A stretch of DNA of 64,000 nt from a virus, in IMG/VR virus record IMGVR_UViG_2716884425_000003, positions 48,768 to 112,767 of that record, one strand, 5' to 3'. A program made the position numbers and the translations under genes. Numbering within the stretch: the first letter of the stretch is position 1; each line of letters starts with the position of its first letter. The notes under the pieces were generated by a model. That model was not told where the DNA came from. It worked only from the letters and a program-made list of their open reading frames with translations, and did no database searches. This document shows positions 29,574 through 39,523 of this stretch, one piece after another.

Positions 29574-31400
29574 TTATATCATTCTTGGAGTAAAAGTTCC
29601 AGTATTATCTTCAATAGGTTTAGACATTAAATCAAAATAGCACTTACTAGCCCAATTAGCTAGCATTAGGGTTGTATAATTATCTTTTCTGGCTCTATTT
29701 GAGCTTGTGGAGCGTTTTAAATGTTGGGGAAGGTCAAACGTCTGCGTGCCCCTTGCGGTCGTTTTAACCTCAACTAGCGTGCATTGTTTTTTAGTTTGAT
29801 ATATTAAAGCGTCTTGAGATTCGATAAATTCAAGTATCGTAGGCTCCGGTATATTTTTTAAGGTGACCCTTTGACTAGAGTATCTGTTAAAAGCCTCTGG
29901 GTTAGCTACCGTTTTAGAAGCAAACCATATCTTTTTATGATCTATAGCCGCCTGTAAATGCTCGTTAGCCTTTCTGAGCCAGTCTGAGGAAAACACCTGC
30001 TTGAAGCAAAAAACTTTATTTTCTTTATTGTAAGCCCTTCTAACCTTAATCAATTCCTTATCGTAGTCTGCGCCTTCTAAGTCACTTCTAAACTCAAAGA
30101 ACTTTAATTCAATTTTGTCATTTTTAAATAAACCATTTTCATTACAGCTATCTATAAACTGGTAACCTGCATTATCAATACATATCATCTCTAAATTAAA
30201 GTTTTTAACTATGTGGTACATGTATCGTATATGGTCTTTTAAATCTCCACCCGCTACAGCATAGCTATGGACTAGCGTACTTTGTCTGGTTTCTTCATCT
30301 AACTCTAAAACGGACATGGCAAAAAAGTCAGAGGTCGGACTGTTAGAAAAACTAGGGTCAATCCCTAATATATACTTTTTATCTTTATCACCTACTATTT
30401 TAGTAGTAGGAGACTCCCCGTCTGGTATAGTACATTCGTGCATTTTTTTAGCACTAAAGTAACTGTCAGAACCGTCTGTAAATTGAGCGCAGTACTCACG
30501 CAAAAAGCTTGAATGACTTTGCCCTCCCTGCTGAGCCTCTTCAATTACAGTGGTGTCAATCATGTGGTCAGGTAAAGCTTCATACCCCATTTGTGAAATA
30601 AAATAGTCCGCATCACCCATCTCTTTATTGTAAATTTTTTCTGTCCACTCTTTGTATTGTTTGTACAAATTTTCAAACGTATAAGAAGCGGAGGAAAGCG
30701 CGATCATTTTAGAATCGTTTTCAAAGACCATTCTTTCGCTCTCTTTCATTTTACCTTCCGATATTAGCTTGTCTTCAATTTCTCTAACTTCAATACGTTC
30801 CTTCATGTCTTGCGGGGCAACCAAGAACGGCATTAAAACTGTTTTAATTAAATCTTCTGGCAATAGCAGATACTCGTCTAAAACTAGTATATTAGCGCGG
30901 AAACCACGAATCTTTTCGCCGCTTAATGGTATAGCTGTAATTGTGCCCCCATTTATGTCCCATTTAAATTGATCATTTCTCTTAGACTTAGCGCCAAAAG
31001 CTTGCATCAGTAACTGTGCACCTTTGGAGTCGACAATCTTTTCTAAGTTTTCAAAAATAAATCGTGCGGTACGAAAAGTAGGCCCAGCAATTAAGATCTT
31101 TGTTCCGGGTTCAAATATACATTGTAAGAAGCAAAAGACAGAGGCGATAAATGTCTTACCGCAACCACGACCCCAGACGCACATCGAAAAGTTTCTATTC
31201 ATCATTCCCTTCAGTGTTATTTCTTGAAAGGGCGCAAGCTTAATTCCTGATACCAACTCAGTAGTAATACCCAAATTTGCTCTTAAAAATTTAGCTAAAG
31301 AGATTTTAGCTTCCTTATCCAAAAGATCTCCTTTTAAATTCAGAAGTTCCTGATTGACATTAGGAATATCTTTTTTATATTTATCCGGACAGTACCACAT
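29574..31400 (-). CDS. terL: Terminase large subunit
   Basis: Walker A WGRGCGKT, Walker B LVLDEY, nuclease motif ILGIDPS. Confidence 0.92.
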   Translation of the reverse strand: MWYCPDKYKKDIPNVNQELLNLKGDLLDKEAKISLAKFLRANLGITTELVSGIKLAPFQEITLKGMMNRNFSMCVWGRGCGKTFIASVFCFLQCIFEPGTKILIAGPTFRTARFIFENLEKIVDSKGAQLLMQAFGAKSKRNDQFKWDINGGTITAIPLSGEKIRGFRANILVLDEYLLLPEDLIKTVLMPFLVAPQDMKERIEVREIEDKLISEGKMKESERMVFENDSKMIALSSASYTFENLYKQYKEWTEKIYNKEMGDADYFISQMGYEALPDHMIDTTVIEEAQQGGQSHSSFLREYCAQFTDGSDSYFSAKKMHECTIPDGESPTTKIVGDKDKKYILGIDPSFSNSPTSDFFAMSVLELDEETRQSTLVHSYAVAGGDLKDHIRYMYHIVKNFNLEMICIDNAGYQFIDSCNENGLFKNDKIELKFFEFRSDLEGADYDKELIKVRRAYNKENKVFCFKQVFSSDWLRKANEHLQAAIDHKKIWFASKTVANPEAFNRYSSQRVTLKNIPEPTILEFIESQDALIYQTKKQCTLVEVKTTARGTQTFDLPQHLKRSTSSNRARKDNYTTLMLANWASKCYFDLMSKPIEDNTGTFTPRMI

Positions 31401-31403
31401 ATA

Positions 31404-32357
31404 TTAAAGTTTTTTTAAGTCATAGGCTAATTGTAAATCTATTTTATGATACTTACTTGCATTTGTAAATATCTTTTGTATGACTCGTGTAGCTTCTAAT
31501 CTACCCTTAACAAATAAAAAGTGCAAATTATCATAAGACTGCAGTAGCTCTCTTACATTATGAAATATAAACTCTGGACTAGCTTTTATCTTTTTGGATA
31601 CATAGGGTAAATACTTAAAAGACAAGCAGTTGTTCATATCTTCTTCTACCAAAACAATTAGTTTTGCATCGTCTTCCCTAGCTCTCTCTATCTCTCTTTT
31701 AAATCTTTCAAAGCCTCCAGACATAGTGCCGATAAAGTCTGTTATGGACTTTCTTTCAATATAAGTGTTCATGCTAACCTTAGAATCACTGTAGGCATAG
31801 TCTCCATACTTTAATGTCTCAACTTGGGTAAGAAAATCAAATTTAAGAGGCTTTTGCTCTCTTGTGTCTATATAGATTTTGTTAATTTTAACAGTGAGAT
31901 CATTCGCGTTTACCTCCTTTGGTAAATCTAAATGCTCAGGATATTTAGTATACTTGTTGATTAGGCCAAAATTTTCAGAGCAATAACCATAATAACCATT
32001 AAAAGTTGTTTCTAAAAATGGTATGGGCGGGCACATTAAAGACCTAACCTCAACCTCACAAGGAGTATACTTAATTCCCTTTTTTGATACGCGGCTAGCT
32101 ATATACTCGTGACAGTATTTTTTGGTTTCTTCTGCTGGGGCAGATTTGAACCACTTTTTCATATTTACTCTAGAATTAAAATCGTCAGTAAAATATTGAT
32201 TTTTATTTTTAAATTTAATTAAATCACCCGTAAGCTTATCTTTCCTTGGATAGTAAGCGTGGTAATAATCTACTACTAAAGTTTTATGAGTTCTAAGATG
32301 TCTATGAAGAGCCTTATCATCTTCGAACTTTTTTCCGCATATTCTACATCTAACCAT
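31404..32357 (-). CDS. C2H2 zinc finger + ERCC4/XPF-family nuclease
   Basis: CRICGKKF...HRHLRTH; IDTREQ...GDY...IERKSITDF. Confidence 0.85.
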   Translation of the reverse strand: MVRCRICGKKFEDDKALHRHLRTHKTLVVDYYHAYYPRKDKLTGDLIKFKNKNQYFTDDFNSRVNMKKWFKSAPAEETKKYCHEYIASRVSKKGIKYTPCEVEVRSLMCPPIPFLETTFNGYYGYCSENFGLINKYTKYPEHLDLPKEVNANDLTVKINKIYIDTREQKPLKFDFLTQVETLKYGDYAYSDSKVSMNTYIERKSITDFIGTMSGGFERFKREIERAREDDAKLIVLVEEDMNNCLSFKYLPYVSKKIKASPEFIFHNVRELLQSYDNLHFLFVKGRLEATRVIQKIFTNASKYHKIDLQLAYDLKKL

Positions 32358-33444
32358 TTAACACCTCTTCGTCTGATATTCCTAAAATTCTAGCCTTCAA
32401 CTCATCCATTGTGCCCAAGTTTTTAATTTCGTCTGCCACTGCTTCTTTGCGCATCTCGGCCAACTTAATCATTTTCTTTCTAGACTCTTCCTCTTTCCAC
32501 ATCTCTACTAGGTTAAGTATACTAGCATTGTCTGCTATTTGTTTCTTTAGGCGGTCACTACGCTTTTCTTTTAGGCTCTCTAGTAACTTCTGCTGCCTAT
32601 TAACACATTGGTTATATTCTGTTTGAGCAGTGCTAATTGATTCTACCAAAGCCATAGCGATACGTCTCCCTTCGGTATCTTCTGCCGAAGCATCTAAGTG
32701 CTGCTGAAGTCGTTCTACTCTTCTTTGGATATTAGAAGCAATTACCACTTCTCCAGACATGACTATGTATTGGTCGACCTCTTCTTGAGTGAGATCGCTT
32801 TTATCGTGCGTGTACCTAACAAAACTACTCTCGAATAACTCTCTATCAGTTTGATTTTCGTAAGTGTTCATTTGGTGAAGAAATCTATAAGTATGAACAT
32901 AGCCGATTAAACTATTAATGTCTTTTTTATTTCTGGGGGTAAGCTTATTTTTATCTATACCATCTAAAACGTAGTTATTAATTTTTACAATAGCTGCATG
33001 CATGGTTTTAGGCGGCTTGTAATCCTCTTGTGGAACTTCACTTTGCGCCTGAAATGCTGCTGCGGGATTTAAAGTCTTAACGTATTCGTCTACCGCTCTA
33101 GACTCTTGGTTTAAATTAGTTAACTCGTTGTTACCAAAAACAATCCGCGCCATTTCAACGGATGACATCATTCCGAAATTGTTGTTAATAAATTCTTTGT
33201 GCTCTTCTGTTAGTTCAGTTTTCTTTGGTTGATATTGATGAGAAGCGATTGGGTTAATTTCTTTAGTGGCTAGAAAAGCTTTAACAGCCTTACCTTCTTT
33301 ACTTCGACCATCTAGGTGCGGTTTGTCTGGATACGCTATCCTTATGGATTCTAGTAAAGACGGAGGATTATCTTGTCTACTGTCCCATTCTTGTAGAACC
33401 TTTTGCTTTTGCTCTTCTGTTAATTCTATTTTGTTCATTACCAA
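32350..33444 (-). CDS. Hypothetical helical protein (candidate terminase small subunit)
   Basis: Position upstream of terL; HTH-like segment FGMMSSVEMARIVFG and a C-terminal coiled coil. Confidence 0.4.
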   Translation of the reverse strand: MVMNKIELTEEQKQKVLQEWDSRQDNPPSLLESIRIAYPDKPHLDGRSKEGKAVKAFLATKEINPIASHQYQPKKTELTEEHKEFINNNFGMMSSVEMARIVFGNNELTNLNQESRAVDEYVKTLNPAAAFQAQSEVPQEDYKPPKTMHAAIVKINNYVLDGIDKNKLTPRNKKDINSLIGYVHTYRFLHQMNTYENQTDRELFESSFVRYTHDKSDLTQEEVDQYIVMSGEVVIASNIQRRVERLQQHLDASAEDTEGRRIAMALVESISTAQTEYNQCVNRQQKLLESLKEKRSDRLKKQIADNASILNLVEMWKEEESRKKMIKLAEMRKEAVADEIKNLGTMDELKARILGISDEEVLNG

Positions 33445-34163
33445 ATATCTATTTCACCACTTTCGAGAAGCTGCTTTGCTAAATTTATTATTTTCTTTTT
33501 AACTAATTTAATTTGTTTATAACCCGGTGATTTATTTTTTTCGGATACTTTGTAGCCCATTTTCTTAGCCGTGATCATTTCGTCTAAATTTTTAATATAT
33601 AAATAAGTATATATTTTCCATTCGTGCGGCTTTAACAATGTTTCCATTTTATTATGTAATATCTTAGCAGACCTTTCTATATCAACTGTTGGATTATTTT
33701 GTACATGAAAAGCTTCTTGCTTATGCGTTTCTAATGGCATGGCCATTTTAACCGCTACGCCAGCCTTTTTATTTTTTTCCCAATTTTTGTACAACGGGCA
33801 GTCTGAGCATTGCTTGCCGTATATTTCGCAACCGACCTCTTCTTTAGCCGCCTCGCATTTGTTGCATGGTTTTATAAAGTTAGTGTAGTTATTTCTAACT
33901 AAGTTTTTTATCTGATTAGCTATGATAGTTCTAATCCATGGCTTTATATTTTTGTCTTGATCAAACAAGTGCCACTTCTTAAAGATATGAAACCTCAATA
34001 TCTGAGATACATCGTCATAATCCATCCAAGCTAAAGCAGTTAAATTCCATTTATACCTTTTTTTATCTATTTCTTCGTTTATTACATCAACATAATCCTC
34101 ATACCTCTTGTCCTGCTTGCTAGATTTTTTTTTAGGTCGACCCCGCTTCATTGCCTCCCCCAT
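33438..34163 (-). CDS. Phage sigma70-family factor with Cys-rich insertion
   Basis: Region-2-like DYDDVSQILRFHIFKKW...IKPWIRTIIANQIKNLVR; C-terminal HTH LKPHEWKIY...ITAKKMGY; CxxC-x8-C-x6-CxxC insert. Confidence 0.7.
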   Translation of the reverse strand: MGEAMKRGRPKKKSSKQDKRYEDYVDVINEEIDKKRYKWNLTALAWMDYDDVSQILRFHIFKKWHLFDQDKNIKPWIRTIIANQIKNLVRNNYTNFIKPCNKCEAAKEEVGCEIYGKQCSDCPLYKNWEKNKKAGVAVKMAMPLETHKQEAFHVQNNPTVDIERSAKILHNKMETLLKPHEWKIYTYLYIKNLDEMITAKKMGYKVSEKNKSPGYKQIKLVKKKIINLAKQLLESGEIDIW

Positions 34164-34524
34164 CTCCTCTTATATTACCCGCTTCAGCCCTAAAATCTTC
34201 CGCTGTGTATTTTTTTTGATTTTCGGGTACTGGGATATTTTCTGAAGAGTTTTGCGCTTGCTCCTCTGAGATAGAGCCAGCTATGTTACCTAATGTTTCT
34301 GTATTTGATCTGCCAGCTTCGAACTCAAAGTCCAAGCCGTCCAAATCAAACAAATTCTGAGTTTCATCCTCGTCATCATCCTCCACTTGTAATTGTTGCT
34401 TAGATTGAACCTGTGCCTTGGACGTGGACGCATTCATAGGTGAGCCGCATTTCTGACAAAAATTAGGCTTCTCAGAAACGTAGGTATTTAAACCTCCACA
34501 TTTTGAACAATAAATCTTTAACAT
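34132..34524 (-). CDS. Zinc-ribbon protein
   Basis: YCSKCG...FCQKCG then an acidic tail. Confidence 0.7.
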   Translation of the reverse strand: MLKIYCSKCGGLNTYVSEKPNFCQKCGSPMNASTSKAQVQSKQQLQVEDDDEDETQNLFDLDGLDFEFEAGRSNTETLGNIAGSISEEQAQNSSENIPVPENQKKYTAEDFRAEAGNIRGDGGGNEAGST

Positions 34525-34592
34525 ATCACTTTATATTATACCACGATTTTAATTATTATGTTAATTTTTCTTAGCTTCTGGCTAAAATAGAT

Positions 34593-34772
34593 ATGGACAA
34601 CTCTGCTAAGAAAGAAGCCTTGGAGAGGACCGAGGAAATTATGAAATTGTCCCTATATTATTGTAAAGATGAGGACGATGAAATATCAGCTTACTCAATA
34701 AGAATTAACTCTGAAGCTCGCAAATTACAGAAACTAATTGAAAGACACCTTACTGACCAAACTCATAATTAA
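34593..34772 (+). CDS. Unannotated 59-aa hypothetical protein
   Basis: Manual translation MDNSAKKEALERTEEIMKL...LTDQTHN. Confidence 0.45.
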   Translation: MDNSAKKEALERTEEIMKLSLYYCKDEDDEISAYSIRINSEARKLQKLIERHLTDQTHN

Positions 34773-35484
34773 ACTTAGAGAGGTCTGTGGCAAAATTTTG
34801 CTCTACATAATTTATTGAGTTATCGTTATATAAGTCGTAAGGATTACCAGTAAATTTTACATTATCAGGAGCATCCTCGTTAAACTGTACGCCCAACCTA
34901 CCGTTTTCATTTTTTAGCCTTAGATTATGCACTTTAGGTATGTCTATATTGGTTTGCTCTTTAAATTTGTCCGAAAACGTTTCGCCTAACTCTTCTAGCT
35001 TAAAAACGTCATTAGCAAGATCTTCTCCAGTCTCCCAATCAACATACATATACTCATAGTGAGGTAAAGACTTTTGTACATTATTAGTTAAATGATCTAT
35101 AAAATCATTAAAGTGATGCTTAAAAGCTGAGTCGGCATCATAACCTTCTTGACTAAAGAAGTTAAAGTCTTTGTCTGGTCTAGCAAAAAAATACCATGAC
35201 ACGAATCTTTTAAAAGGGTTTCTAATTGTGCCAAAACGATAATATTGCTCAAATGGTAAACCCTTCGGTTGCTCTCCACTCTCAATAGCCTCTTCTGCAA
35301 AAGCTTTATCAAAAGACTTTTTTATTAGATAAAGAGGAGTATGATGATTAACTTTATCTTGTTGGTCTGTTCTCTGCAACAGTGTTACTAAATCCGCATA
35401 CGGGTGCAGGGCTATCCTCATACTTGTTGACCCGCACTTTGGATTAGATACAAACAGAAACTTATGTTTAGCGCTTATGATCAT
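34750..35484 (-). CDS. Sulfotransferase (Sulfotransfer_2-like)
   Basis: PAPS motif FVSNPKCGSTS; IRNPFKRFVSWY. Confidence 0.85.
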   Translation of the reverse strand: MIISAKHKFLFVSNPKCGSTSMRIALHPYADLVTLLQRTDQQDKVNHHTPLYLIKKSFDKAFAEEAIESGEQPKGLPFEQYYRFGTIRNPFKRFVSWYFFARPDKDFNFFSQEGYDADSAFKHHFNDFIDHLTNNVQKSLPHYEYMYVDWETGEDLANDVFKLEELGETFSDKFKEQTNIDIPKVHNLRLKNENGRLGVQFNEDAPDNVKFTGNPYDLYNDNSINYVEQNFATDLSKFNYEFGQ

Positions 35485-35648
35485 TTATCATTTTTGCATT
35501 TACAATTTCTTTTTTTACAGCAAATAGCTGAAGCTTTCCAAAAAGCCTTGGCGTTGGTAACTATCCAGTCTTTAACTTTTTTTGACCAAGCTTTAATAGC
35601 TCTGGTCCATGCTCCGTATTTTTCAGGATCTTTTAGCTTTCCGTACAT
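35481..35648 (-). CDS. Unannotated 55-aa basic peptide with Cys-rich C-terminus
   Basis: MYGKLKDPEKYGAW...ICCKKRNCKCKNDK; its stop overlaps the ATG of the sulfotransferase. Confidence 0.5.
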   Translation of the reverse strand: MYGKLKDPEKYGAWTRAIKAWSKKVKDWIVTNAKAFWKASAICCKKRNCKCKNDK

Positions 35649-36426
35649 TGTTTTTCGCTTTCTTTTTAGGGGCAGCTTTTTTTGCTGCAGGTTTTTTCTT
35701 GTTTGCTAAGTGCTCTGGCATCATTGCTCTAACTTCGTCGACTAAGCCTAAATTAAGGCACTCGTCCGCATCAATCCACCAGTCTTTTCTATCCCAGTTT
35801 CTTTGTATTTTTTGTTTAGTTAGTCCAGAACGAGATACGAAAATATCAAGGCATCTTTCTTCAATTCTTTTAACGAGTCTAACTTCGTCTTCCACCTCAT
35901 AAGTTTTACCTATTGCGCCAAATGCTGCTCTATGAATCATCATCCATGCTTGATGACCAATCCACCTAACGTCTCCAGCTTGAAGTAAAATGCCAGCCAT
36001 TGAAGCGGCCATACCTAAAGAGCCCGTTGTAACCTTGTGGCCTTTTTGTCTAAGGTCTTGAATAAAGTCGAATAACTCAAACCCATCAATGATAGAACCG
36101 CCCGGAGAGGAAAAGATGATTTCAATATCGCATTTAGGATCAGCCCGATGCCACTCTGTGAGTTTAGACATGCAACTTTGGACAGAATGATGAGAAACGT
36201 CTTTAGAAAATCTATACACGCTATTTTCTTCGTCTGTATAAACGTCTTTATTTCTAGAACCTAAAGCTTTTTCATATTCAAGGTAAGCCTTGCCAGACTC
36301 GCTTTGCATCTTTTCGGTTTCAGCTTTAGTCTTTTCAATTTCAGCTAGTTTTTGATCTAGCTCGGCTTGTTTTATTTTTAAATCGAGTTCTACTTCTTTT
36401 TTTGTTCTTTTGTATTCTTCACTCAT
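35623..36426 (-). CDS. clpP: ClpP-family serine protease
   Basis: SPGGS, GMAASMAG (Ser), WMMIH (His), RDWWID-like motif. Confidence 0.88.
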   Translation of the reverse strand: MSEEYKRTKKEVELDLKIKQAELDQKLAEIEKTKAETEKMQSESGKAYLEYEKALGSRNKDVYTDEENSVYRFSKDVSHHSVQSCMSKLTEWHRADPKCDIEIIFSSPGGSIIDGFELFDFIQDLRQKGHKVTTGSLGMAASMAGILLQAGDVRWIGHQAWMMIHRAAFGAIGKTYEVEDEVRLVKRIEERCLDIFVSRSGLTKQKIQRNWDRKDWWIDADECLNLGLVDEVRAMMPEHLANKKKPAAKKAAPKKKAKNNVRKAKRS

Positions 36427-37208
36427 TTTTCTTCCCCCTCTCTAACTTTTTTAACTATAAACTTAACTAGCTCAGATCTCATAATATCTTCTTCAGTAAA
36501 GTTAAAATTGTAAATACCCATGTTTACGCTTTCTTCATCGGAGAATATCTTACCGAGCTTACCAAAAGCTCCTTGGTTTATTTCTCCCCTTAAGTCAGTC
36601 TGCATTGGATCGGCCAATACAAAACATCGGCTTCCTTCACCCATTCTAGTAAGAACGGTAGTTATCTCCTTTATAGTAGAGTTTTGAGCTTCATCTAAGA
36701 TGATGCATTTACCTTTCCAGTTCATTCCTCTTGCGAAATTCACTGGAAACATAGAAACTCTATTTTCTTCTAATAGTTTTTCTGGTTTAGTAGATGTTAG
36801 TAGCTCGTCTAATTTATCCAAAAATGGCAAATTATAAAATTTGAGCTTGTCATCTGCAGACCCCGGGAGAAAACCCAGTTTGGACTCAGAGCTTTCAACT
36901 GCGGACCTCAGATACATAATATCCGAAATAGCTTTCATATTTAAAAGCTGCAGTCCACAATATACTGACAATAATGTTTTTGATGTACCCGCTGGTCCAT
37001 TAACAAAAATTACCTTAGTATTATAGTCTAAAGCTACCCTAAAAAACTCTTTTTGTTTATCGGTCCAAGGTAATTGATTAATTTTTATTTGTCTCTTAAT
37101 GGGATTTTCTGGGACAAATCTGTGGTCAGTTTCATTTAGGTTATCAGCGAATTCCCTATCGCCTCTTATTTTAACCTTACCAGTAGAATTAGTTTTCTTA
37201 GCAGGCAT
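36423..37208 (-). CDS. phoH: PhoH-family ATPase
   Basis: GPAGTSKT, LGFLPG, FARG, ILDEAQN, LTRMGEGS. Confidence 0.92.
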   Translation of the reverse strand: MPAKKTNSTGKVKIRGDREFADNLNETDHRFVPENPIKRQIKINQLPWTDKQKEFFRVALDYNTKVIFVNGPAGTSKTLLSVYCGLQLLNMKAISDIMYLRSAVESSESKLGFLPGSADDKLKFYNLPFLDKLDELLTSTKPEKLLEENRVSMFPVNFARGMNWKGKCIILDEAQNSTIKEITTVLTRMGEGSRCFVLADPMQTDLRGEINQGAFGKLGKIFSDEESVNMGIYNFNFTEEDIMRSELVKFIVKKVREGEEK

Positions 37209-37224
37209 TACTTATAATTACACA

Positions 37225-38202
37225 CTATAAATCTTCAAATTCAGTATCATATTTATATTTATAGTGAGAAACCGTTCTTGCTATTCCTTTCTCAAATGTA
37301 ATTTTCGGTTTCCATTTTAACTCTTTTCTAATTTTGGTATTATCTATAGCATACCTAAAATCATGCCCAAGTCTGTCTTCGATAAACTCTATACAGAGAT
37401 CGGGCTCTACTTTTAAAAGATCGCATATAGCATAAACAACTTCAAGATTTTTCTTTTCGCAATTTGAACCTATATTGTAAGTTTCGCCAGCCTTGCCTTT
37501 TTGTAGTATTTTTAGTAATGCTTCACAATGGTCGTCAACATGAATCCAATCTCTTATGTTTTGTCCATTTCCATATACAGGGATTTTCTTTCTGTTTAAA
37601 ATGGAATTAATGATTTTTGGAATAAACTTCTCTTCGTTCTGATAGGGACCGTAGTTATTGGAGCAATTTGATATCGTGACGGGCATTTGATAGGTGTGGT
37701 AGTATGAACGTACCAAATGATCAGAAGACGCCTTAGAAGCCGAATATGGGTTCCTAGGGGCATATGGAGTATCTTCTGTAAACTTCTTGTCTCCCTTTTC
37801 TAAATGACCGTATACTTCGTCAGTTGAAATGTGATGAAACTTTTGGATATTATGCTTTCTGGCAGCCTCTAAAAGATTAAGCGTCCCTAAGACATTAGTT
37901 TCCACAAAAGTTCTCGGTCCGGTTATAGAATTATCGACATGAGACTCTGCGGCAAAATGCATAACGTGAGTAATTCCATATTTAAGAAAGGTGGCGTCTA
38001 CGTATCTAGCGTCTCTTATATCTACGTTAGCAAATTTTATTTTTGGATGGTCGAATACGGCATCGGCAATATTACTATATTTAGACGCGTAAGTTAAGCT
38101 GTCCATAACCACCATTAATTTAGAACCACACCTTTTCTTACGCATATACTTAAGAAAATTTGCGCCTATAAACCCTGCTCCACCTGTGATTAATATATTC
38201 AT
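37225..38202 (-). CDS. rmlB: dTDP-glucose 4,6-dehydratase
   Basis: ITGGAGFIG, HFAAESHVD, HISTDEVYG, YSASKA, NCSNNYGP. Confidence 0.95.
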   Translation of the reverse strand: MNILITGGAGFIGANFLKYMRKKRCGSKLMVVMDSLTYASKYSNIADAVFDHPKIKFANVDIRDARYVDATFLKYGITHVMHFAAESHVDNSITGPRTFVETNVLGTLNLLEAARKHNIQKFHHISTDEVYGHLEKGDKKFTEDTPYAPRNPYSASKASSDHLVRSYYHTYQMPVTISNCSNNYGPYQNEEKFIPKIINSILNRKKIPVYGNGQNIRDWIHVDDHCEALLKILQKGKAGETYNIGSNCEKKNLEVVYAICDLLKVEPDLCIEFIEDRLGHDFRYAIDNTKIRKELKWKPKITFEKGIARTVSHYKYKYDTEFEDL

Positions 38203-38861
38203 TAATTGTGTACAAATAAAACTTTGTTTGTTTTTATTATAAGGTTTTTACCGGTATTTTTATAAAAATGATTTGATTGTAAAATATCTACAAAAAAGTG
38301 CCAATCTGCATCGTGTATCACGTGATTAAATCCTACGTCTTTTACTATGTTGTTTTTGATTGCTGCGCTAGCCATATCTATGCAGGTATACGCAAGGCTA
38401 GCTTCCAGTAAGCAATAATTCTCAGCATTGCGAGGATATTTCGCTGGATGATTCCCCTTGTTCTCGTGAGAATGTATACCGTTCCAAAATAAAAATTTTA
38501 AATCTGGATTACTTTTGAAAGACTGTATAACTTCATCAACAAATATGGGCACGTGGTAATTATCACCGTTAGTTAAAACTGTTACGTTAGAGTCTTCTTT
38601 GATATACTTCTTAATACCAAATTTTCTAGAGGCGTGACCCCAAGGCTCTTTAGCTTTTTCCGGAGTATGATCTAAAATAATTTGATCTGTTAGGTAACCA
38701 TTATCTTGTAAGTCTTTTTTTAGATTGTGATAAAAATCATCTTCTCCATCGTGAATGATGTATAAATTCCAGTTCGGATTAGTTTGACACTTAAGTGAAT
38801 TAATTAAGCACTTAAGCGGTTCATCCTGATGATAGGTGACGGCTATAATATCTACTTTCAT
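38202..38861 (-). CDS. Glycosyltransferase family 2-like
   Basis: IIAVTY...WNLYIIHDG...LTNGDNY...ADWHF GT-A pattern. Confidence 0.75.
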   Translation of the reverse strand: MKVDIIAVTYHQDEPLKCLINSLKCQTNPNWNLYIIHDGEDDFYHNLKKDLQDNGYLTDQIILDHTPEKAKEPWGHASRKFGIKKYIKEDSNVTVLTNGDNYHVPIFVDEVIQSFKSNPDLKFLFWNGIHSHENKGNHPAKYPRNAENYCLLEASLAYTCIDMASAAIKNNIVKDVGFNHVIHDADWHFFVDILQSNHFYKNTGKNLIIKTNKVLFVHN

Positions 38862-39523
38862 GTTGCACCTTGATATTTATGACCCTCTAAACCAAAATTA
38901 ATAAAGGGATTTAAAGAATATATATTAACTCCGTAAACATCTTTTAGTTTTTGTTTTACTTGAATCGTATGATCTTGTATAGATCCCCTAACCCATGCTG
39001 CGTATTGATTTAAATCACTTAAACCGGAAGAAGGTCGAACTTTGGTATGATAATCTTTAATAGTAACCTGTCCATCTAAAACTCCGCAATCATGACCTGC
39101 TAAAATTATATTCTTACAACCCATATAAGCGGCCAAATGCATGGCGCTAGTAATTGTAGAAAAACTAACCACGATATCGTCACTGCCAACAACTTCTAAC
39201 TTGGGACGCTCTAGTGGTTTATCTGGGTGACTAAAAAAATAATGAGGAAAACTAGCATCGTTTCTTTCGCCATTAGGGTTACCGCAAGCCCACTCTGAAA
39301 GAATAATTTTGCTGTCATTGTGGTCTAGCTTGTCAAAGCCGCCAGCTTCCTTAGATACAGTATAATTACAATTAAAAAAATTAGGCAACCCATTAACGCC
39401 CATACTTAATTTGTTATTAAAAAAACTACCATCAATGTGATTCATTGAGGGGCCAGAAGCCAACACCCACATGTCTTCGCCAGAGTGAATATTTTTTAAT
39501 TCTGTATGCGGAATCCTTACCAT
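38858..39523 (-). CDS. DUF115/Maf-like glycosyltransferase
   Basis: VLASGPSM...MGVN...TITSAMHLAAYMGCKNIILAGHD. Confidence 0.75.
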   Translation of the reverse strand: MVRIPHTELKNIHSGEDMWVLASGPSMNHIDGSFFNNKLSMGVNGLPNFFNCNYTVSKEAGGFDKLDHNDSKIILSEWACGNPNGERNDASFPHYFFSHPDKPLERPKLEVVGSDDIVVSFSTITSAMHLAAYMGCKNIILAGHDCGVLDGQVTIKDYHTKVRPSSGLSDLNQYAAWVRGSIQDHTIQVKQKLKDVYGVNIYSLNPFINFGLEGHKYQGAT

